From: an uncultured delta proteobacterium
Lineage (GTDB): Bacteria > Desulfobacterota > Binatia > UBA9968
Assembly (NCBI GenBank): GCA_963840855.1
Contig: CAWJBB010000062.1
Coordinates: 1-64,000, forward strand
Length of the DNA stretch: 64,000 bases
Direction: 5' to 3'
Each line of letters starts with the position of its first letter. The first letter of the stretch is position 1. The notes under the pieces were generated by a model. The model made no database searches. It was not told where the DNA came from and saw only the letters and a list, made by a program, of their open reading frames with translations. Positions 52,392 to 62,320 of the stretch are shown piece by piece. The position numbers and the translations under genes are program-made.

Positions 52392-53915
52392 ATGGCAATG
52401 CACGACGATATCTATGATCACGACCATCCGGATAATTTCATCATCGGGGAAGATGACATCGTCACCGAGATCGAGGGCCTGGAGATGTTTTCGCTCAAGA
52501 GCGTGGGCATCGACATCGGGTCTTCGACCTCGCATTTGATTTTTTCACTGATCACGCTCAGGCGCGAAGGCGCGTCGCTTTCGGGAAAATTCAAAGTCAC
52601 CAACCGCGAGGTACTGTATCGTTCGCCGATCATGCTGACTCCCTATTTGTCGGCGACCAAGATCGACACGGACCAGGTCAATGCGTTCATTCAGCGGGCC
52701 TACAAAGAAGCGGGTTTGACGGCGGAAGACGTCGACACCGGCGCGGTGATTATCACCGGCGAGGCGCTCAAAAAAGAAAACGCCCAGCCCATCGTCGAAA
52801 ACTTCGCCAAGTACTCAGGCAAATTTATCTGCGCGGCGGCCGGCCACAACCATGAGGCGTTGCTCGCGGCCTATGGCTGCGGCGCCGTGGACCTGTCTAA
52901 AGCGGAACACAAGACGGTGCTCAACGTCGATATGGGCGGCGGCACGACGAAGTTCTCGCTGGTCGAAGACGGCATCGTGACGCAAACGGCGGCGATCAAC
53001 ATCGGCGCGCGTCTGATCGCTTTCGACGAGAAGGACAAGATCACCCGCATCGAAGATGCCGGCCGGACGATGATGAAAGAGCTCGGCCACAAAGTGGAGC
53101 TCGGTCAGACGATTAGTGATAAAATGAAGGAAGACTTCGGCGCCTACATGGCGAAAATCCTCTTCGAGACTATCGAAGACGGGCCGAATTCGCCCATGGC
53201 TAGTTCGCTAATGGTTACACCGTCGTTCACCAACTACCGCGGTTTCACGCAAATACAGCATATTGTTTTCTCCGGCGGCGTTTCCGAGCATGTCTATGAC
53301 CGCGATCCCAAGGCCTACGGTGACATCGGACCCGTGCTGGGTAAGAACGTGCGCGAGTATTTGAAGAAGCTGCCGAAGGATATCCTGCGCGAGCCCATCG
53401 AAGGAATTCGCGCCACAGTCATCGGTGCCGGCGAATACACAATCCAGGCCAGTGGTAACACCAGTTACGTTTCCAATGAGAAGGCACTGCCAGTGCATGG
53501 CCTCAAAGTGATTCAAGCGTCGATCCGTGACGGAGAGCCGGTGAGCGAGGCGCTCAGGCAGTCGCTCAGAAAATTTGACATGACTCGTTTCACTTCTGGA
53601 CTGGCTCTTTCGCTGACCGTGAGCGGCGTACCGGATTACCAGTCGGTCAGGCGCATCGCCGAGGGCGTCGTGGAGATACTCAAAGATGCCGACGATCCGA
53701 AGTGTCCTTTGTACCTGACCCTCGACCTGGACATCGCCAAATCACTTGGCGGCATGCTTAGAGATGAATTCAGGGTCGCCCGGGACATCATCGCCATCGA
53801 CGGCATCGAGGTAGGCGATCTGGACTACATCGACATCGGAGAGTGCTTGGGTATCACGGAAGTCATTCCGGTCACCGTCAAGTCGCTGATGTTTCCGACG
53901 AAGCTAAGCGATTAA
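52392..53915 (+). CDS. EutA-like actin-fold ATPase (ethanolamine ammonia-lyase reactivase family)
   Basis: SVGIDIGSSTS, TGAVIITGE, NVDMGGGTT, FSGGVS, IRATVIGAG, DYIDIG, VPVTVKSL-like IPVTVKSL end. Confidence 0.88.
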   Translation: MAMHDDIYDHDHPDNFIIGEDDIVTEIEGLEMFSLKSVGIDIGSSTSHLIFSLITLRREGASLSGKFKVTNREVLYRSPIMLTPYLSATKIDTDQVNAFIQRAYKEAGLTAEDVDTGAVIITGEALKKENAQPIVENFAKYSGKFICAAAGHNHEALLAAYGCGAVDLSKAEHKTVLNVDMGGGTTKFSLVEDGIVTQTAAINIGARLIAFDEKDKITRIEDAGRTMMKELGHKVELGQTISDKMKEDFGAYMAKILFETIEDGPNSPMASSLMVTPSFTNYRGFTQIQHIVFSGGVSEHVYDRDPKAYGDIGPVLGKNVREYLKKLPKDILREPIEGIRATVIGAGEYTIQASGNTSYVSNEKALPVHGLKVIQASIRDGEPVSEALRQSLRKFDMTRFTSGLALSLTVSGVPDYQSVRRIAEGVVEILKDADDPKCPLYLTLDLDIAKSLGGMLRDEFRVARDIIAIDGIEVGDLDYIDIGECLGITEVIPVTVKSLMFPTKLSD

Positions 53916-54005
53916 CCCGCATTTCGCATGTGGTTCTAAGCAAATCGAGGCCTCGCTTCCATGCGGGGCCTCGGTGTTTTAGGGGCTGCGTTTTTAACTC
54001 ATTCC

Positions 54006-54866
54006 ATGGCCGAATACTATGCCTTGCAGGCCGCCCTCTGTTTCTCCATTGCCCATATCTTTGTCCGGCGCGGCTTGGTTCATTCCAACGCTTTCACCGG
54101 CTCGGTGATTTCACTCGGTACCAGCGCGACCATACTTTGGCTCCTGGCGCTGATCATGGTTCCATTGTCCGTTTTGCGATCTCCCGCTGTCGGTTACTTT
54201 ATCGCTGCCGGTTTTTTTGCGCCGGCGATCGGACAAACCCTCGGGTACATCGGTATGGAGCGCATTGGAGTTGCGCGGTCAGCACCGATCGTCAACACAT
54301 CCCCGATGTTTTCTTCCATCTTCGCGGTTCTATTCTTGGGCGAGATATGGTTAGCGCGGAATATCATCGGGACCTGTCTGGTCATACTCGGGGTCGTCAT
54401 TCTGTCGTTGAGTAAAACGACAGGGGGCCATTGGAATAAGAAAGATATCGTTTATCCGGTGCTTGCCGCGCTGGCGTTTGGTATCTCAACAACGCTCAGG
54501 AAAACCGGCTTGATGACGGTGCACGTTCCGTTGTTGGCCGCCGCGATTACGGTCGGAACAGCGTTTTTTGTTTTATTGGGAATCATTTACCTCCAGGGAG
54601 GGCGCCGGGCGCTCCAGTTCAACCGGCAAAGCAGCGGCTGGCTATTCGGCGCCGCGCTGGTCAATACCGGCGCGATCCTATCTTTCTTTTCCGCGCTCAA
54701 TGTCGGCCAGATCGTGCGCGTCGAGCCCTTGGTGGCTTGCAATCCCCTGCTGACGATCATTTTGGCCGCTTTTTTCCTCAAGCAAATTGAGCAATTAACC
54801 TCTCGTGTCCTGGTCGGCGCAGTAGTTACGGTAATTGGCACAGTGCTGGTGGTGACGGCAAAATAA
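54006..54866 (+). CDS. DMT/EamA-family transporter
   Basis: About 10 TM, IGVARSAPI, FLGE. Start placed at ATG 54006 by alignment with the next paralog. Confidence 0.88.
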   Translation: MAEYYALQAALCFSIAHIFVRRGLVHSNAFTGSVISLGTSATILWLLALIMVPLSVLRSPAVGYFIAAGFFAPAIGQTLGYIGMERIGVARSAPIVNTSPMFSSIFAVLFLGEIWLARNIIGTCLVILGVVILSLSKTTGGHWNKKDIVYPVLAALAFGISTTLRKTGLMTVHVPLLAAAITVGTAFFVLLGIIYLQGGRRALQFNRQSSGWLFGAALVNTGAILSFFSALNVGQIVRVEPLVACNPLLTIILAAFFLKQIEQLTSRVLVGAVVTVIGTVLVVTAK

Positions 54867-54875
54867 GGACGCTTC

Positions 54876-55736
54876 GTGGAGATATACTTCTCGTTTCAAG
54901 CAGCGCTGTGCTTTTCCATCGCTCATATTTTGATCCGGCGAGGGCTGGTCGAATCTAACGCATTAACGGGCTCGTTCATTTCTCTATCCATCAGCGCCGT
55001 AGTGTCATGGGCGCTGGTGGCGTTTTTTGTGTCGCCGTCTGAGGTACGGATCCCAGCGGTATTAATTTTTATGACGGCGGGTATTTTCGCGCCGGGCATT
55101 GGCCGAACTCTAAGCTACGTGGGCATCGAAAAGATCGGCGTTGCCCGGTCGGTTCCGATTGCCAACTCCTCGCCGATCGTCGCCTCTATTTTTGCGGTCA
55201 TCTTTCTGGGAGAGTCATGGGTGCCGCGTAATATTGCCGGTACGTTGTCGGTCATCGCGGGCGTCGTAGTTCTGTCCATGGCCAAGCCCGCCCGGGGGCC
55301 CTGGCGCAAGTTTGATGTGATCTATCCGCTTATTGGCGCGGCTGCCTTCGGGGCGTCGACGACGCTGCGAAAAGCAGGTTTGGGTTATAGCAATATGCCC
55401 ATATTGGCGGCAGCCGTGACCGCGGCAGCGGCGGCGATATTCTCGTTTATTTTAATGCAGGTCCGAGGCGGTAAAGTAGCGCTCAAGCTGACGCGCAAAA
55501 GCGCCGCCTGGTTATTCGCCGCCGGTTTTTGCAACACCGCGGCGATGCTGTCGGTGTTCTACGCCTTGAGCCATGGCAAAGTGGTGATCGTCGAACCACT
55601 TGTGAGTTCCAATCCCGTCCTTACTTTGTTGCTGACGTCGATATTTTTGCGCGACGTGGAAGCTTTGAGCACGCGCGTGATTATCGGCGCGCTGCTGACG
55701 GTGGCGGGGACTATTCTAGTTATCACCGCGAAATAA
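54876..55736 (+). CDS. DMT/EamA-family transporter, tandem paralog
   Basis: Shares QAALCFSIAHI, FAP.IG.TL.Y.G.E.IGVARS and a VTAK/ITAK end with the preceding gene. Confidence 0.88.
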   Translation: MEIYFSFQAALCFSIAHILIRRGLVESNALTGSFISLSISAVVSWALVAFFVSPSEVRIPAVLIFMTAGIFAPGIGRTLSYVGIEKIGVARSVPIANSSPIVASIFAVIFLGESWVPRNIAGTLSVIAGVVVLSMAKPARGPWRKFDVIYPLIGAAAFGASTTLRKAGLGYSNMPILAAAVTAAAAAIFSFILMQVRGGKVALKLTRKSAAWLFAAGFCNTAAMLSVFYALSHGKVVIVEPLVSSNPVLTLLLTSIFLRDVEALSTRVIIGALLTVAGTILVITAK

Positions 55737-55998
55737 CGATGACGGACGGATTGGCGTCATGGGGACATTCAAAAGTCAAAGCGATACATCGCGAAATCGG
55801 ATTTTGGATCTGAGCGCTGATTACGGATTCAATTCATCAAAATCTATCGACTTCAGGCACGGCAACAGATGACGTCGTAGACAAGTGAAAAACGCTGCGG
55901 TAGAAAAAAAGGCATCAGGTATAATAGTCATATCACAGAAGCCACATGGCATATTTAGGTTGCAGCCTCAGTGTGAGGTCATTGTTGAGCGACTTCCC

Positions 55999-57294
55999 AT
56001 GCGCGACACGTCACACCCGCTTCCGGTGTCGTTACGCCCACTGAGCTTCGACGGCCCACTCGGACAGCAAATCGTCGAATTACACATGTGGGTGGTACGC
56101 GAAGGACTTCGCGGCGCTGCCGCCGCTGCGCTTTTCGATGGTCTCTGTCAGCGCCTCGTGATCGCTGGGGTGCCTCTGTGGCGCGCTTTCATAGGAATGC
56201 CGACGTTGCATCCGCAGTGGGGCGGCTACAGCTACACCTGGCGGCGGGACCTCAATGCCATCGAGCCCGCGCAATTTGGCCGCGGCGACGAGTACCAGCA
56301 GATCTTGCTGAATAGCCCCTTCGGCTATCTGATCCGGCAAGTAGAAAACTCCGCCCAAGAGGCAGATCCCTGGCAGTACTTGCGTCGCCGTCTCGCCGGA
56401 CCCGAGGCACAGCTCGATTTTCCCATTCTCAAGGAGTTAGCCGCCACTGGCGCATCCGATTATTTCGCCGAGGTCGTCCGCTTCGGCGCGGGCGGGGACC
56501 CTTCCCATGGCACCGGCATCGGCTATTCGTTTGCGAGCGACTTGCCGGGGGGCTTCCGCGACGATGACCTGGTATTGCTGCGGGCCGTGCTGCCGGCCGT
56601 ATCTCTCGCGATGATGACACATGCCGGCCACACGATTGCCTCCGGTCTCCTGGGAGCCTACCTGGGCGGCGATGCCGGCGGGCGTGTTCATGCGGGCGCG
56701 GTGGAGCGCGGCTCGGTCGAAAGTGTTCGCGCTGTGCTATGGTACGCCGATATCCGCGGCTTCACGGCGATCGCCGACACGACGCCGGGGCTCATTCTCA
56801 TCGAGTTGCTCAACGCAATCTTTGAGACGCTTACGGCTTCACTGCGCCCGTGCGGTGGCCAAGTGCTGAAATTCCTCGGCGACGGCATGCTCGCGACCTT
56901 TCCCTTCGTGGATGCGACGCGGGATGAAACCTGCGGCCGGGCCCTCGATGCTGCAGCGGAAGCGATGTATGGTCTCGATCGGCTCAATGCCGAGCGGCGC
57001 GAGGCCGGCAAGCCAATTGCCGAGGTTGACCTCGCGCTCCATATCGGCGAGGTGCTCTATGGCAATGTCGGCGCCGTCGACCGCCTCGACTTCACCGTAA
57101 TCGGGCCGGCGGTCAACGAAGTCGCGCGCATCGAGACCTTGTGCGAGCCCCTGGGGCGCAAGGTGCTTATCTCCGCCGAGCTTGCCTCGGTGGTCGGCGA
57201 CAGGCGCCGTCTTGAGCCGCTCGGCTACCACACGCTGCGCGGCGTGCGAGACCCACGAGAGATCTACGGGCTCGATCTTGGCTTTAAATCATGA
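55999..57294 (+). CDS. Class III adenylate/guanylate cyclase
   Basis: YADIRGFT, KFLGDG, GNVG...RLDFTVIGPAVNEVARIE; N-terminal TLHPQ domain. Start uncertain. Confidence 0.92.
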   Translation: MRDTSHPLPVSLRPLSFDGPLGQQIVELHMWVVREGLRGAAAAALFDGLCQRLVIAGVPLWRAFIGMPTLHPQWGGYSYTWRRDLNAIEPAQFGRGDEYQQILLNSPFGYLIRQVENSAQEADPWQYLRRRLAGPEAQLDFPILKELAATGASDYFAEVVRFGAGGDPSHGTGIGYSFASDLPGGFRDDDLVLLRAVLPAVSLAMMTHAGHTIASGLLGAYLGGDAGGRVHAGAVERGSVESVRAVLWYADIRGFTAIADTTPGLILIELLNAIFETLTASLRPCGGQVLKFLGDGMLATFPFVDATRDETCGRALDAAAEAMYGLDRLNAERREAGKPIAEVDLALHIGEVLYGNVGAVDRLDFTVIGPAVNEVARIETLCEPLGRKVLISAELASVVGDRRRLEPLGYHTLRGVRDPREIYGLDLGFKS

Positions 57295-57494
57295 AGTGTT
57301 GCGGAAATGCGTGTTCGCTCGAGCCTGACGAACACACTGGCACCACAGCCATCCCGGGGCGCGGCTGAATGAGCAACAAGGTTTGCCGTGCCTGACCGAT
57401 GACCTCATTTTCCTGCGCCCGAGGATCTGCTAGCGTCTATTTATTCCCATCACATTGACGCGTGCATCGCGTCCAAGAAGAGGAGAGTGCCAGA

Positions 57495-58151
57495 ATGAGA
57501 TCAATCATTTTTCTACTCATCGCAGCTCTATTTCCCGCGTGCGCCACCACCTCGAGCCGTGAATCCATGGAGGCAGATATTGACCAGGCTGCAGCGATCA
57601 TCGAACGGTTTGAGGCGATCCCGGAGAGCGCGATCCCGCCCGCAGTCATGCGCTCTGCGAGGGGCCTGGCAATTCTTACCGTAACGAAAGCCGCCTTCAT
57701 CGGTGGTGTCAGGGGCGGCACGGGAATTTTCGTTGCGCGGACCGAAAAGGGTTGGAGCGGTCCGTCAGCAATCGGCACAGGAGGATTGGGGGTCGGCTTT
57801 CAGGCTGGCGTTGAGGTTGCCGAGCTCGTTATAGTTCTTAATACTCAGGAGGCTGTGAACGCCTTCGCCAAAGGCGGTAACGTGACCCTTGGAGGCGCTC
57901 TGAGTGTAGCGGCGGGTCCGGTGGGACGTACCGCCGAGGCCGGCGTGGCCGTGGGGGCGGCTGTGTATACTTACAGCCGCAGTCAGGGGCTTTTTGCCGG
58001 TGTGTCGCTCGAGGGAACTGTGATAGCCGCCAGAGACCGGGTCAACGCAGCGTATTACGGTGATCCGGTCGAACCGAGGGAGATTCTCGCAGGCAAGATA
58101 CAGCCGCCCGCCAGTGCTCAGAAGTTGTTGGCCGTTCTATCGAAATACTGA
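57495..58151 (+). CDS. SYLF/Ysc84-domain putative lipoprotein
   Basis: WSGPS, GFQAG, AAGPVGR, YSRSQGLFAGVSLEG; lipobox-like FPAC. Confidence 0.9.
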   Translation: MRSIIFLLIAALFPACATTSSRESMEADIDQAAAIIERFEAIPESAIPPAVMRSARGLAILTVTKAAFIGGVRGGTGIFVARTEKGWSGPSAIGTGGLGVGFQAGVEVAELVIVLNTQEAVNAFAKGGNVTLGGALSVAAGPVGRTAEAGVAVGAAVYTYSRSQGLFAGVSLEGTVIAARDRVNAAYYGDPVEPREILAGKIQPPASAQKLLAVLSKY

Positions 58152-58210
58152 TCCCAAATTTATCGAGCGAACATCGCAGCTATTTCCCGGGCACATCCTG
58201 GACCGGCAAC

Positions 58211-58429
58211 TCAATGATTCTTCAGGCTCATGAACCGCCGCGCTGTAGCTTTTAGTTTAGGCAGGTCTCTAGAGACGCTAGCGGCGATGCGTTTCAGCAG
58301 ATTAGGCGCTGGAATCGATTTGTAGCGCGCTCGTCTCAGTGTTTCTCGTTCCGCTTCTGCCCGCTGGGCTTCATTCCAGGTGATATGAACCATTTTTTTT
58401 GCCTGCTCTTGCTTAGGTTGCTTTTCCAT
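58211..58429 (-). CDS. Small hypothetical basic protein (72 aa)
   Basis: GGAGG SD before the ATG at 58429; no recognisable motif. Confidence 0.55.
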   Translation of the reverse strand: MEKQPKQEQAKKMVHITWNEAQRAEAERETLRRARYKSIPAPNLLKRIAASVSRDLPKLKATARRFMSLKNH

Positions 58430-58645
58430 TCGAACCTCCGACAACCTGAGTATATGGTCGACCGGCAATGATCAAGGGTTAAAATTAGATATCGCTGAAA
58501 AAATCCTCCCCCAGACGCCCCCCGACACTTTGCCGCACGCCTTTTGAATATCGACCGGCGAAAAAAGAAGATTCGCAAGAAAAGAAAGCGTGGCCCCGAT
58601 TATCCTTCGAAATGACAAGCCGGGTGCATTGTCATCCCGAACGAC

Positions 58646-58775
58646 AGACTGTGTGAAAACTCTTAGGAGCCCTTCGACGACGCTTAGGGCGAACGGGTAA
58701 ATATTTGAATTGTAATGTCTGGCATCCGTTCGTGGTGAGCCCCGTCGAACCATGAACGCAGTTTTCGCACGGTCT
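58646..58775. mobile_element. MITE (130 bp) with IS5/IS1182-like ends and internal REP-like palindromes
   Basis: Terminal inverted repeats AGACTGTGTGAAAACT / AGTTTTCGCACGGTCT (14/16), GAC directly repeated on both flanks; internal CCCTTCGAC..AGGGCGAACGG and CCGTTCGTGGTGAGC..GTCGAACC. Confidence 0.8.
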
Positions 58776-58981
58776 GACGAAGAGGGATGTTGACCAAACT
58801 GACCACTAACTTGAATATGAGTACGATGACACGGAGAATCTTGTCTGATTCCGGCGGGCGCTAAAAGTTTTCCTTGCGCAAGTCGTTTCGTTTAACTAGG
58901 ATCGCCACGTCGCAGTCACATCTCTGGTGTTCCAGCTTTTTGTTCTGTCTAAAGCTAATTTTTCACGAGAGGAGACACGCC

Positions 58982-60094
58982 ATGATCACTTTCGGTCGGA
59001 AGAGACCCATCGTTAGAGCTCTTGTCGCTCTCACCTTGATGCTTGCCTCAACCCCCTTCGTCGAAGCGTTACAAGCGGCCGAAGCAAAGCAGCAAGCAGG
59101 GCCGAAGCGCCACAAGCTTGCCGCCACGCTGGAAACAACCCAGTGGGGTTGGCTTGATCCTAATGAAGCTCCCAAGCTTACGGTCAATTCGGGGGATATC
59201 GTCTCCATTGAGACCATGATGCACTCCCACAATAAGATCCAGCCGGGCACCACGATGGAGGAGATCGTCGCGCTAAGAAAGGCTAATCCGGGCGGAGGGC
59301 CGCACTCTGTGACCGGTCCCATCTACGTCAATGGCGCCGAGCCCGGAGATGTCATGGAGATTCGCATCTTGACAATCACACCGAAGCCCTTTGGGGTTAA
59401 CTTCAACCTTCCGGGCAAGGACTTCCCCACGATCGGCGCGCTGGCTCCCGAATTTCCCGAAGGATTCGTCAAGTACTTCAATTTGGATTGGAAAAACCGC
59501 CAGGCCGAGTTTAAACCGGGTATCACGATCGATATAAAACCGTTTCCGGGAACCCTGGCAGTCGGGATCGACCCCAACGACCCTTCGCCACGCAAGGGCG
59601 GGGCTAAAGATCCGATGGCGCCGGTTTCAACGCTGCGGCCCTGGAAGAACGGCTCCAACATGGATCTTAACGAACTTCAGGAGGGAAGCACCATCTTCAT
59701 TCCGGTCTTTCTGAAGGGCGGGCTGATATGGACCGGAGACTCGCACTGCCGGCAGGGAAACGGCGAGGTCAATCTCACCGCGCTGGAGTGTGCCTTTCGG
59801 GACATCACGCTGCAATTGATCGTCCGCAAGGACATGAAGCTAGAGTGGCCGCGAGCGGAGAACAAAAGCCACTGGATCTTCATGGGCTTCGATGAAGACC
59901 TTAATAAGGCGATGGTTAGCGCTGTCCGCGAAACGGTTGATTTTCTAGCGAGTCAAAAAATGGTGGGTGTGGATCGTTACGAGGCTTACTCGATAACCTC
60001 GATGGTGGCTGACTGTCGCGTGACCCAGGTAGTTGATATCCGCAAAGGGGTCCACTGCATGGTCCCTAAAGCTATTTTTTCCAAAAAGAAGTAG
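58982..60094 (+). CDS. Acetamidase/formamidase family protein with a probable signal peptide
   Basis: HSVTGPIYVNGAEPGD, GSNMD, GDSHCRQGNGEV..TALE; GAGGAG SD; upstream TTGCGC-17-TAGGAT. Confidence 0.9.
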   Translation: MITFGRKRPIVRALVALTLMLASTPFVEALQAAEAKQQAGPKRHKLAATLETTQWGWLDPNEAPKLTVNSGDIVSIETMMHSHNKIQPGTTMEEIVALRKANPGGGPHSVTGPIYVNGAEPGDVMEIRILTITPKPFGVNFNLPGKDFPTIGALAPEFPEGFVKYFNLDWKNRQAEFKPGITIDIKPFPGTLAVGIDPNDPSPRKGGAKDPMAPVSTLRPWKNGSNMDLNELQEGSTIFIPVFLKGGLIWTGDSHCRQGNGEVNLTALECAFRDITLQLIVRKDMKLEWPRAENKSHWIFMGFDEDLNKAMVSAVRETVDFLASQKMVGVDRYEAYSITSMVADCRVTQVVDIRKGVHCMVPKAIFSKKK

Positions 60095-60097
60095 CGG

Positions 60098-61006
60098 GTG
60101 CTCTACGCGCTTCCATTCCTCCTGCTGTGGATCGCTGTTGCCTGGGGCGCCGCCCCGGTTTCTGTAGTTACGACCTCAACGGACTTGAAGGCCCTAGCGG
60201 AGGCTGTGGGAGGGGAGAGAGTCCAGGTGGAGAGCCTCGCTCCTCCGCTGCACGATCCGCACGCTTTGGAGGTCAAGCCAGGCCAACTGTCTAAGATCAA
60301 AGCTGCGTCTTTGCTCGTCAGGATCGGCCTCGATCACGAGCCCTGGCTTGGCCGCGCTCTGCGGACCCTGAGTGATCGCCGCTTTGTCCGCGACAGCCCG
60401 CACTATCTCGATACCTCTAAGGGAATCCAACTCCTTCAGGCGGAGACTCCGAGAGTCCGGGCGGATAAGGGAGCGCACGTCCACGGCTTCGGTAATACCC
60501 ACTACTGGCTTGATCCGGAAAACAGCAAGCCTATCACTGCAGCAATCCTGGAAGCCTTGGATCGCCTGGTCCCTGGGGAGCGCCGCTATTTTGAGGCGAA
60601 CCGAAAGCGATTCCTCGACCAACTCGATAAACGGCTAAATATTTGGTTGCGCGCTATGGCTTCCTACAAGGGCACGCGAGCAATTGCGGTTCACGAGACA
60701 TGGCCCTATTTTGCCCAACGCTTCGGCCTTGTGGTCGTCGCGGTTGTGGAGCCAATCCCAGGAGTCCCGCCTTCTCCATCATACCTTGCTAGCCTTATTC
60801 AGAAGATGCGAGACTCCGGGGTTAGGCTACTGATAGCCGAGCCTTACTCGAATGCCTCAGTGGTAAGACAGATCGCGGCGCAAAGCGGTGCCACCGCCAT
60901 TACGCTGATTCCCTCGGTGGGCGGAGATCCGGAGGCTGCTGATTATCTCAGCCTCTTCGACCTCAACATCAAGCGGCTCTCAGAGGCTGCAGCCGCGGCG
61001 CGCTAG
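60098..61006 (+). CDS. Metal ABC transporter substrate-binding protein (ZnuA/TroA family)
   Basis: DPH, HVHGFGNTHYWLDP, HETWPYF, EPIPGVPPSP. Confidence 0.92.
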   Translation: MLYALPFLLLWIAVAWGAAPVSVVTTSTDLKALAEAVGGERVQVESLAPPLHDPHALEVKPGQLSKIKAASLLVRIGLDHEPWLGRALRTLSDRRFVRDSPHYLDTSKGIQLLQAETPRVRADKGAHVHGFGNTHYWLDPENSKPITAAILEALDRLVPGERRYFEANRKRFLDQLDKRLNIWLRAMASYKGTRAIAVHETWPYFAQRFGLVVVAVVEPIPGVPPSPSYLASLIQKMRDSGVRLLIAEPYSNASVVRQIAAQSGATAITLIPSVGGDPEAADYLSLFDLNIKRLSEAAAAAR

Positions 61007-61033
61007 GAAGTTTGACTATTCCATCATGAGAAG

Positions 61034-62320
61034 ATGATTTCGACTATCGAGTATCTCTGGGTGCCATTCTTGGCCTGCTTGGTTCTCACCGGTATCCACG
61101 TCTACCTGGGCCTCCACGTCCTGGCCCGGGGCATCATCTTCGTTGATTTGGCCCTTGCTCAGGTAGCGGCTCTGGGAATCACAGTCGCCCTTCTTGCCGG
61201 CCACCCGATCCAGAGCGAAGCAGCGTATTGGTATGCCCTGGCGTTCACAATGGCCGGGAGTCTCCTCTTTGCCATGAGCCGAACCCATCGAGCCCCGATT
61301 CCTCAGGAAGCCATCATTGGGATCGTGTATGCCGTGTCGGCAGCCATCGCCATCCTAGTGATTGATCGCGCGCCACAAGGTAGCGAGCATATTAAACAGC
61401 TCCTCGTGGGAAGCATACTTACAGTCACCTTGAAAGAAGTTGGTACTCTGGCGCTTTTGTATGCGATCGTCGGCTCAATCCACTGGACGATCCGCCGGCC
61501 GCTGCTGGAGATCTCGCTTGATCCTGAAGCGGCCGCAAGCAAAGGGCGGCGGGTGCATTGGTGGGATTTTGTCTTCTATTCCTCTTTCGGGCTTGTCGTT
61601 ACGAGTTCTGTGCAAATCGCCGGGGTCCTGCTGGTCTTCTCCTACCTGATTGTCCCCGCGGCTATCGCAGCCCTTCTCGCTCGCTCAGTAAGCGCAAGGT
61701 TAGCTCTCGGCTGGGGGCTTGGCTTTGTCGTTAGCATCCTCGGCCTCGTCGCCTCCGCCGCCTGGGATCTTCCCACCGGGGCCACGGTCGTGACAACGTT
61801 CGGCGTATCCGTGGCGGCCGTCGTCGTCTGGCTCGCTCTACTGGCCCTTATTCAAGCGACCAGAGCTAAAGGCCTAGGCGCGTTTGCCGGCGCGGGCATT
61901 GCTGCTTTTGCCATGGTGGGACTGGCTGGCTTCTTGCTCTGTACCTTTCCGCAGATAGACCACCATTGGCTCAACTGGCTGGAAAAGGCAGTGCCCACTG
62001 TCCAACTCGCTTTTCTCACTTCCGACGAGCGCGAAACCTATCGGGATAGCCAAGAAGCAGTTCAGCAAGGGCAGGGCGAAATCCGACGGCTGCGCGCCAT
62101 GCAGGAACAAGTGCAGTGGGGTGCTCGCGAGATGACCGAAGAGATGCAGGAGCGCCTTAGACAGTATCTTGCGAGCCGGAGCGAAATCATCGCCGGTGAC
62201 CAGATAGTGCTCAAGCATCTTCAAACGACGGCAAGACAACGCCAACGTTTTTGGTTGGGCATCCCATTCCTTTTGATCGGAGCTGGAGGCGCTCTCACTC
62301 TGGCTCGCGCGAGACGGTAA
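61034..62320 (+). CDS. Metal ABC-3 permease with a C-terminal extension
   Basis: HVYLGLHVLARGIIFVDLALAQ, EAIIG, GVLLVFSYLIVPA; extra TM/helical/TM tail. Confidence 0.9.
   Translation: MISTIEYLWVPFLACLVLTGIHVYLGLHVLARGIIFVDLALAQVAALGITVALLAGHPIQSEAAYWYALAFTMAGSLLFAMSRTHRAPIPQEAIIGIVYAVSAAIAILVIDRAPQGSEHIKQLLVGSILTVTLKEVGTLALLYAIVGSIHWTIRRPLLEISLDPEAAASKGRRVHWWDFVFYSSFGLVVTSSVQIAGVLLVFSYLIVPAAIAALLARSVSARLALGWGLGFVVSILGLVASAAWDLPTGATVVTTFGVSVAAVVVWLALLALIQATRAKGLGAFAGAGIAAFAMVGLAGFLLCTFPQIDHHWLNWLEKAVPTVQLAFLTSDERETYRDSQEAVQQGQGEIRRLRAMQEQVQWGAREMTEEMQERLRQYLASRSEIIAGDQIVLKHLQTTARQRQRFWLGIPFLLIGAGGALTLARARR

Noticed and set aside
57312-57385. Hairpin after the cyclase gene as an integron attC site
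   Set aside because: No RYYYAAC/GTTRRRY core pair and no integrase.
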